The translations under genes and the position numbers were made by a program. Positions 36,649 to 45,800 of a DNA stretch of 64,000 bases are shown piece by piece (the first letter of the stretch is position 1; the number at the start of each line of letters is the position of its first letter). The notes beneath the pieces are model-generated. The model searched no databases. It was given only the letters and a program-made list of their open reading frames with translations, and had not been told where the DNA came from. Origin of the DNA: a virus (taxonomy: Duplodnaviria; Caudoviricetes); the IMG/VR virus record IMGVR_UViG_3300037515_000879, positions 18,258-82,257 of that record; one strand, given 5' to 3'.

Positions 36649-36791
36649 TATGATTAAAAAATGTAATAAGTGTGGATGTACCGAAAATAATTCGTGCATT
36701 CAAAAGGTATGAGTCTTTTCTCCAAGGATGCCCACTATTGGAGCCTTGTCAAGAATATTGGCTCCCAATTAATAGCAATCCTATTTAACGA

Positions 36792-36819
36792 AAAAGCCAC
36801 TCTGATAAAAGTGGCTTTT
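36792..36819. terminator. Bidirectional terminator between convergent arms
   Basis: AAAAGCCACT/AGTGGCTTTT. Confidence 0.8.
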
Positions 36820-36889
36820 AATTTAGATATCTTATAAAGCTATAGAAAAAGGCTATATACCCGATCAATTCAATGATTGGGTTATGTAA

Positions 36890-39800
36890 TCAATAAAAAC
36901 CATTGATAAGATTTTTTGTTGTTTGTAGTGCTGCAGGAACCATTTTGCTTGTAAGTTTTGGGTAGTTCCAATAATAATTGGTATCCCAGAACAAATCATT
37001 GGCCGTATTGTTTTCCATCATTAAAGCAAGAATAGACGCCATTCCAACTCCTTTAAGTCCACTGTCAAGTCTTTGGCGCTGTTCTTCTGAAAGATTTTTT
37101 CTGTAATTGATAAAATCGTTTGGGTTGTTCATTACATAACGAAGCATTTTACCAACGGCAGTCAATGTTCCAATGGTTTCTTTGCCATAAATATTGACGT
37201 CTTCTTTAGCAAACCTGTCATGTACCATGGTTGGAATGAATCGACTGAATTGTAACATTGCCGTTCCCCAGGAATATAGTTGAATAGCTCGTTGGTCTGT
37301 TGGTTGATATCCTCTACCATGGGATGATTTTACCCTATCTTCGAGTTCTACCAATTTTTCATTGGCAATTTGCATTTCTCCAGTTTTATAATTTCCATGA
37401 TCATCAAATCTATCCAGTTCTTCTTCAGATAGTAGCCCTAACATATGGACTCTTTGAATCCATTCTTCGGATTTTTTCATTGGCATTAAAGCCAAATCTG
37501 CAAATATGCTATCCAATCCATGTTTTTTTTCAATATTTACTTCATCATAAACATTTATTTCCATAAAGTTTAAGTTGCGCAAAATTTTCTGCATGCGCTT
37601 ATGTCTATCAATGACACCTTGAACCCCACCTTTAAATCCTTTATCAAATCCCCAATACCTCAATTCTCCCTGGATCCATTTTTTCCCACCAAGATCTTTT
37701 ACGTTATGATATTTGCCAGCAAGTATATTTCCAACGACATATAATCCACCGGTTTTAACGTTGGCACTATATCCAAGAGCATAAAATAAATTCAGTCTTG
37801 TAAGTCCTAAAACGACCCTATCAGTGGTTTCTCCTAAAAACGAAGTCTGTCTTTTTCCTTTGCTGAAATAATCTTTCCAAACAGTTTTGATATGAATGTT
37901 CATTTGAGGAAGATTATTTTCTTCGTTCCATGCTAAAACTCCATCAATATAGCCTTGTAGTTTTTGCATGCCTTGAAAATTTTTATTTCCATTGACAAAA
38001 AGACTGGAATGTATATAGTCTCCAAGAGCCTTGTTTAAATCCATTGACGGCAGTTCTCTTGCTTTTATTGACCTATTGTTGGCAAATCTGTTGATTGCAC
38101 CAAATCCCAACGCAGTTTCAACAAAAGGAGCGTCTAATAGGATTTTACTTCCATCTTCATTTTTTCCTTCTTTTAAAAGCGTTTTGGCTTTGTTTCTATA
38201 ATTTCTATATTCCTTTATTTTTTGAAGATCGTTTTTGAAACCTCTCGCAGATTGATATTTATAAAAATCCTCAATCTGTTTAAAGTTGACAAGCTCTCCA
38301 TTGAATTTCATTTTTATGTCATATACTGCTTGGTCTGGATGTCTTGAGTTTACCATAAGTCCAAGAAGTCCACGATTTGAAAAAACTTCCAATTTTGTCA
38401 TTGAGGTATGTGGAATATAATCTTTTTCCTCTTTTTTAATGTCATCTGGTTTTAATTCTTCAGTTGTTTTTCTAAAGTAATCATAAAAATCTTTTTCGGC
38501 TTTTGATAAAAATCCGTTATTAAAAGCTTTTTCGATTTCATCTATAGGACGTAATCTAAAATTTGTAATCAACCTACCTTGATCGTCCAGCCCTTCTTCT
38601 CTTATTACAAGATTTCCATATAATCTATCATAAATTTCCTGTCTGTTTGAAAATAGAGAATCTTTGATTCTTGATAATACATTTTTAAATGTTGTTGTTG
38701 CACCATAACCAAGTTTTTCTTTATAAAGGGCATCGGTTATTTTGTTCATGTCTTGAATATATTTTTTATTTTCATTGATAAATTTTTTGTATTCGATTTC
38801 CATCAATCTTGCCATGCCTTGACTTGCAGGATGATTTGACGGTATCGTAGATCCAGACATCATATAGGCTTTTATTACATTAATATCTTCAACATTTTCT
38901 TTGGCAACAACTCCATTTTTTCTAAAAAGTTCTGATTGTCGACTTGATAGATGTCTGACCAGTTGTTTGACAATAGGAGTAATAATTCCTGAATAAGCAT
39001 AAACATCACGTTCTCCGAATGTTTTGTACATCTTAAGCAATTGTTCAGAGGTTTTGTTTTCAAGATTCTTTAAAACACCTTTATCTATTAGATTGTTTGC
39101 TTTTTGTTTTTCGGCAGTATATTGTTGGTACATATTCAGTCTTATTGCCGGAGAAACGTATGGTTTGAATTCCATTGCCTTTTCATATTCAGATTGGTTC
39201 AATGGAATAATGCTTGTAAATTTATCAATATAAAAATCTTCTCTTGCATCAAGTCCTATTTCTTTTTCTTCGGCGTTTCTTCGAATTTTCGCCATGATTT
39301 CATCATAATTTATTGATGCTTCAACTAAATAATCTAAATATTCCTTATTTTTTCCTTCATCATAAACAGACCATGGTGTTCCAAGATTTTTATCCTGAAT
39401 GGTTGAAAGATTGATATCCCCGTTTTCAATAAGATTATTTGGAATTTCTTCAATCTTTGTTTTTGCTATCATAATGACACGTTCTTCTTTTTGTTTTAAT
39501 GTTCGTTCAGAAGTAACTTGTGCTATTTCTTCAGGTGTAAAATTTTTCATTTCATAAAGCCTTCGGTCTTTTCCTTTTATAACATTGATATAAACCGGTT
39601 GGCCTTTTGAGATTTTATCATATAGATTTTCATTTTTTAATATTCTATCTATAACTCCTGATTTGTTGTTGAAATTAAGTTCTTTTTCAAGATATACTTT
39701 ATGGAAAGGATTGTTTTGTTGCTTTGATGCTCTTAATGCAATAATACGTTCAAGTTCATTTTCAACACTTGGAGAAAGGGCTGTATGTTTGTCCTGAACA

Positions 39801-42800
39801 CTTACTGTTGAATAATGATTGATAAGCCAATTGGTTTCCTTTCCAAAAAAAGGAGCCAATGAAAACGGGCCTTTCCATCCATTTTTGATTAAATCATAAA
39901 GAATAAGGTCGTTCCTTAATTCTTCTGGAAGTTCCATAAATTCCTCTTGGGCTCGCTCCCTTTCAATTTCATTAAAACTGTCATTTACAAAAGAGGTGTT
40001 TGCTGATATGTATTTTTTTTGCTGTATAGGCCCATCAAGGTTGAGATCTAAAGCTTGTTGAAACAACACGCTATTGTTCAGCATTGTCCAATGTTGTTTT
40101 ACGTCTTTTGAGTCTTCATTGATTTGGGTGCGCAGATAATCCAGATAAACATTCATTTTATTGAATATTGATTCTTTATTATTTGGATCTGTGCTCATTA
40201 AATTCTCAACATATTCAATAGGTTTATTGTTAAGGTTCAACAATCTTGATGTTTTGAATTTTAAAATGTCTTTTGATATAGCTTCAATTTGAGTGGCTGA
40301 CAAATCATTTCCTATTTTATCTGTTAATGATTTAAGAACTTTTTTGGTGGCATCAGTATAAACCGTATTAAGATCTATTTGCCCCTTTAATGTTTGTCTT
40401 GCCACGTAAATATAATGTTGCATATCTGGATTTGACCTGAATTCACTTGTTAATTCAAGTGTTTTATTTTCAGAATCATTTTTGATTACATTATCAAAAT
40501 CATTGATTTGTTTTTCAAGAACCAATGGATTAACATGTATTTTGTTATGGCCGCCCATTATGGTTGATATTTTTTGGATTTCAGAATTCATGTCTGATAG
40601 GTAATCCAAAAGCTCTACAACAGATGATTGGTTTGGTCCAATAATATGGATGTTTGATAATGAAATTTTTAAAGACTTAATTTTGTTTTCTTTTATTTTA
40701 AGCCTATTATAAATTTCTTCCTTAATTTTTGATTTTGTTTTGCTTTGATGATATAGACTACTATTGTTTCTATTGAGTTCGCTCCAAAGTTTTGCTGCTG
40801 GAGAATTTAATATCAATCCTACTTGTTCCAATGGTATTCCCATGTTGATCATTAAAGCTGCTTGTGAAATGTTATATTCATTGAGCCCAAGATTATCGGC
40901 AAATAAATGTTTGGCATTATCAAGTATGATATTGGCTAGAATTGCAGATTGCATATTTCTACTTGCATTGCCTTTTTTATCATCATTGAACGTATCATAA
41001 ACGACACCATCTATTTTAATTGGTTTTGTGATTTTAACATTGGTAGCGGCTAGAATATTTGCTATTTTATGGATATTAAAAACGGGACCTATACTTCTTT
41101 TTGAAACCATTGTATTATTATAGTCAATCATTCTTGCTTTTGGAGAAAATGGTATTGTATAATCTTTATTTGAAGGAAAAACTTTGTTTACATTTTCTAT
41201 GATTTTTTCAGTTTCTTTTTCGAACAACATTTTGGTTGTAACTTGATCTGCCATTTCAGGAGAGAGCCAATAGTTTGCTATCAAATCAAAAGCTTGGTTC
41301 CATTTACCATAATCTTTATAGATTTTTATATTGGTGTTGGCCTTTGTTTGTATAAACAAAGCATCCCCATCATTGTCAGATCCTATGATTTCATTGAATT
41401 CTCCAGAAACCATTGTTTGGTTTCCTTGGCCTTGATCAAATCCTAAAACTTCAAACACTCCTGTTGAACTTGGTCCGTGTCCAGGAACGCGAGAAATTAT
41501 AACACTATCGCCTTTGACATGATATCCAATATGGACATTGTTTTTGTCATATTCTTTTCCAATAAATTTTTCAGCATCTTTTCTATTGACATTATGGCGT
41601 TTTTGTGCAAGGTCTAAAGCTGCTTTTTTTAGATCAAGATGTAAATCCAAAATAAAATCTTCTCCTGATTTTGATTTTTGGCTTTTTGCCATACCAGCCT
41701 TTGCGTTTTTCATTGCAGCTTGTCCGGCCAAAGTGTTCATGGTCAACAATGTTCTGGCATTGGATTTATCTTCCATGTGTTTTGGAAGTATTATTTCTGC
41801 AGCAGTAAGGCTTCCATCACTGTTTTTTGTATAGCCCTTTAACGCACTATTTCCTTTAGCTTGGGTTCTCCATCCCAAATCTGGTTTTTGGTGCGCATAA
41901 GTACCAGGGGTAACAAGTTTATTTCCGGCACGTCTTATGGTTTTGGCTAATTGATTTACGACGATTTCATTGATATATGGATGTGCTAAAGAACCATTGT
42001 CTTGAAGCATTATTCTTTGAGCTTGGTTCATGTCTTCATAATTCAGACCTTCCTTTATTATTTTTTCATAGTCTTCAATACTTCCTTCCTTGATTTGATC
42101 AAGTGTTTTTTGAAGATTGATTTTTTTCTGTTCGGCAATGAGGGATTGTATTTGATTGGCCAATTCAACCTTTCCATTTATTGAAGCGTTGACAATGACC
42201 GAATTAATCATTTGAACCGGTGTGTTTACGCGTTCATTTTTTTTGTCCATCAATTGTTGGGGACCGAAATTATAAGCATTAAGACCTAAAAAATTTCCTT
42301 TTTTATCATAATAAAGATTATCATAATAAGTCATTGCTTCGTCAATGTTTTCATTTAATGCTTCATGTGAAAAATTATGTTCATTGAATCCATCAGGTAT
42401 TAAATTGGATTTATCGGATGATTGTGGAATAGCAATTGGAATATGGTTAAATGTGCCATCTGTCAAATCTTCTGAAAGATTTGTTCCAAATTGATCTTGG
42501 TGCCATTTTTCATATTTTTCAGATCTTGCATTTAATATTTTATAAAGAGGATGTGTTTTGCCAACTATTGTGGTATAGCCTTTTAAATAGGCTGTTTTAC
42601 CTTTAAATTTAGGGTTGTCTTTTTCAACACTTGCATTTAAAAACTTAAATCCACCGTTCATATCAAACAATCCCATTCCAAGACGTTGAAACATTTTAGC
42701 GTGTTTTTCCAAAATAAACATTCCAGAATCTGTTCCGGCTTTGCTTCCATTGATTATTTCGTCTTGAAAAAATATGGGCTCGATTTTAAGATTTGGATTT

Positions 42801-45800
42801 TTGACTGACATTACAGGAGAGGAATTCATTTTAAAACGTTTTGCAATATTTTTTCCTTCAATGCCAGGTGCAAACGTATCTATGATATTATATCCATTTA
42901 CAATATTGTTTATGGTGTATTCCGCAATGGTTTCAACTCCTTCTTTTGTAAGTTTTCCTTTATTATCAAAAAGTGTTTTTGTCAATTCAATTTGCATCAA
43001 TTCTTTTGCATTTTGTCTAACAAATAGTATTTGATTGTTCATGGCATCCCTGAAAGCATCCCTGAATTTTCTTTTGTTATTGGATGTTTCGTCAGCAAAG
43101 CTGTTATTATGGATATTGAATATACTATTGATGACCTCTCCATTTGGATTGAATTGTATGTTTCCATTTTTATAAACAAAGACATCATTGAAATCAATGC
43201 GTTTCATGTTCATAAAGAATTTTCTTGGAGAATCAGCAAAGGTTCCAATATTGCCTAAATAACTATTAAGTTTGTTTCCTTTTGCACCTTTTGACGTTTG
43301 TAAAAATGTCAACATATCCTCAATGTTCTGTTCAAGTGCAGTACTGTTTTTATAAAGGCTTCCTTTTTGATTGTCAATATCTTCCAATCCATGATATTGT
43401 GATATCGTTGGTAGTATTCCGTCTTGGAACTGTTCATAAATATTTACAAGGAATTGATTTGGAACAAAAGATTTTCCAAGTTCTTTTTTGTTTGGATATG
43501 ATATATGTGAAAATCTGTCCAAAAATTGTTCAAGTGTTGGTTTACCATTTTCATTACCATGTAAAAACGATATGATATTATCGATTTCCTGTGTAAGATG
43601 ATTGTTGGTAATTCTTACCGGTTCCATGTTCTGTTCTGCGTTTTTAACTGAACTGAAAGGAGAATATTTTCTATTTGTGTTTACTAATGCCTCTATAAGT
43701 GGTCTAGCGTTTGCATAAAACACCTGTATTGAGTTTTTATCCAAACTTCCGTCTTCATTTCTATTAAAGGCGATATCCCCTTTTTTGGTTTTATTGAACA
43801 ATAACTGTTTGTTGATAAATCCTTTTATTAAGGTTTCGATTGGGATATTGATGCCTTTATAAGTAATATAACCATCTTGCTGAAGTTTATGCAATTTCAA
43901 ATTTCTTGGGGCCAACATTTGCACGACACGCATGATGTCTTTTGATTCTGGTGCTGTGGAATTATAGATTCTGTTTACGGCGGCTTCAAAATTTTTCCAT
44001 TCAGTTCCAGCATTTCTGTTAGTAAAGGCATATTTCATTCTGGAAAGAACGTTTTCAACAAGAGTTCTATCTTTATTTGAAAGTGAATTTACAAATTCAT
44101 GCTTTCCATTATTGTTAATGGTATTTCTAAACCCAACAATGTGTTTGGCGTTTGAAAGTACATAGTGCATAGATCCCAATAATTGATATTTGTTGTTTGG
44201 AAACATTTTGTCCAAATATCTATTGAAAGCCTGTATTTCTTCATAAGCAGAATTTTCTATTTGGAATATAAATTCATCTGGAGTATTGTTTTCTTTTGCC
44301 AAACCATAAATTTCGGATTCAAACAATTCTCTGTCAAATAATTTGAATTTGGCTCTATTGGTTACACTGTCCTTGGTTTCTATAAGATTTTTGGTACGCA
44401 ATGTTTTATTGTAAACAATACCAAATCGTCTCAAAACTCTTGATGTCGTTTTGACTTTACTGTCAAAATCTTTATCAAAAAACATTTGTCCGTCATTTTC
44501 AAGAGCATCATCAACAGCATCAAGTCTATCAATTTCCTCGATTTCTGAATTGAAGGATTCAGGAACAGGATTGTCTATTTGTTGAAGTCTTTTGATATGG
44601 ATTTTTTCAACTTCCTGACGATATTGGTCATCAAGTTCTTCTGTTCTGGCATCCATTCCAAATCCCGACATATTTACATTTTTGGTTGCTTTTTTGAATT
44701 GATCGAGAACAAAGCTTCTTAAATCTCCTTGAGGTACGTTTTCTTCACCGTGCAATTGTTTGAGTATTTTTTCAGAACCATTGCCTTCTTCAATTATAGC
44801 TCCTTTTTGGCGCAATAATCCCCACCATTTTTTTACTTCTTTTTGTCTGATGATTTCTTTTCTGGCATTGAAAAGAGAATCTGTCGTTGACGTTAAAGGC
44901 TTTTCGAGATATTCGACGAAAATTTCTTCCAAGATGTATTTCTGTTGTGCAAATGGCATTTTTTTGACATCACCTTCAGATATCATTTTTTCCAAAAATC
45001 CTTCAAGTTGATTTAGGTCAGCGCCTTCTTGTGCAAAATAATTTAGTAATTGTGATTTCGTAACAGGAATTGAACCATTCGGAACCTTTAATTCATATAA
45101 CGTATAATCATCATATAATTTTGATATTTTATCAACAAGCTCTTTATTTTTTAAAGCTTCGTTTAAAGCGTTTTGTGTGCCTGGTTCATTTTGGGTCAAT
45201 TGATAAAAAACATGAGACATTTCATGCATAAATATATTTTCCTGTTCCCAAGCTTTTTCATCAATATATATTGTTCCCAAAAGCGTATGCCCAAGACCTT
45301 GTGATCCCATTGCTTCATATAGATTTTTTACAATAATAACTTGTATTGGATCGTTCATATTGGGAAACATTCTTTTCAATTGGTGGTTTATTACCGCCAT
45401 TTTATGAATGTTGTTTGGACCATATATGTTTTGAAGTGATGATGAATTTAAATAATTGTCAAGTTCATTTGGAGATATTGTTTCTCTATCTTTAATGGTT
45501 TTGCTTTTATTGAGCTTTTTGATAAAGTCTTGAGCTTTTTTATAGGATAGGATATTTATTTTTGAAATATTTATTCCTTTTTGTCTTTTATCAAAACCGG
45601 CCTTTTTTTCGGTATCTTCAAAGTGTTCAGGTTTTGCATTGAATTTTTTGGCAGCCTCTTCATTTTTTTCTTTTTCGCCCTCTTCAATGGTTTTTCCTTT
45701 TTTTGTTTTGGTTGCTTCTTCTTTAATAAATTCAGATTCTTCCTTTGAAAGATTTTTATCTTCTTTTGGAGCGACATTTTCAACAGCTATGGATTCAATA

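Noticed and set aside
36491-36703. 70-aa hydrophobic minus-strand ORF
   Set aside because: It lies beyond the terminator that ends the RNAP transcript and overlaps more plausible plus-strand small ORFs.
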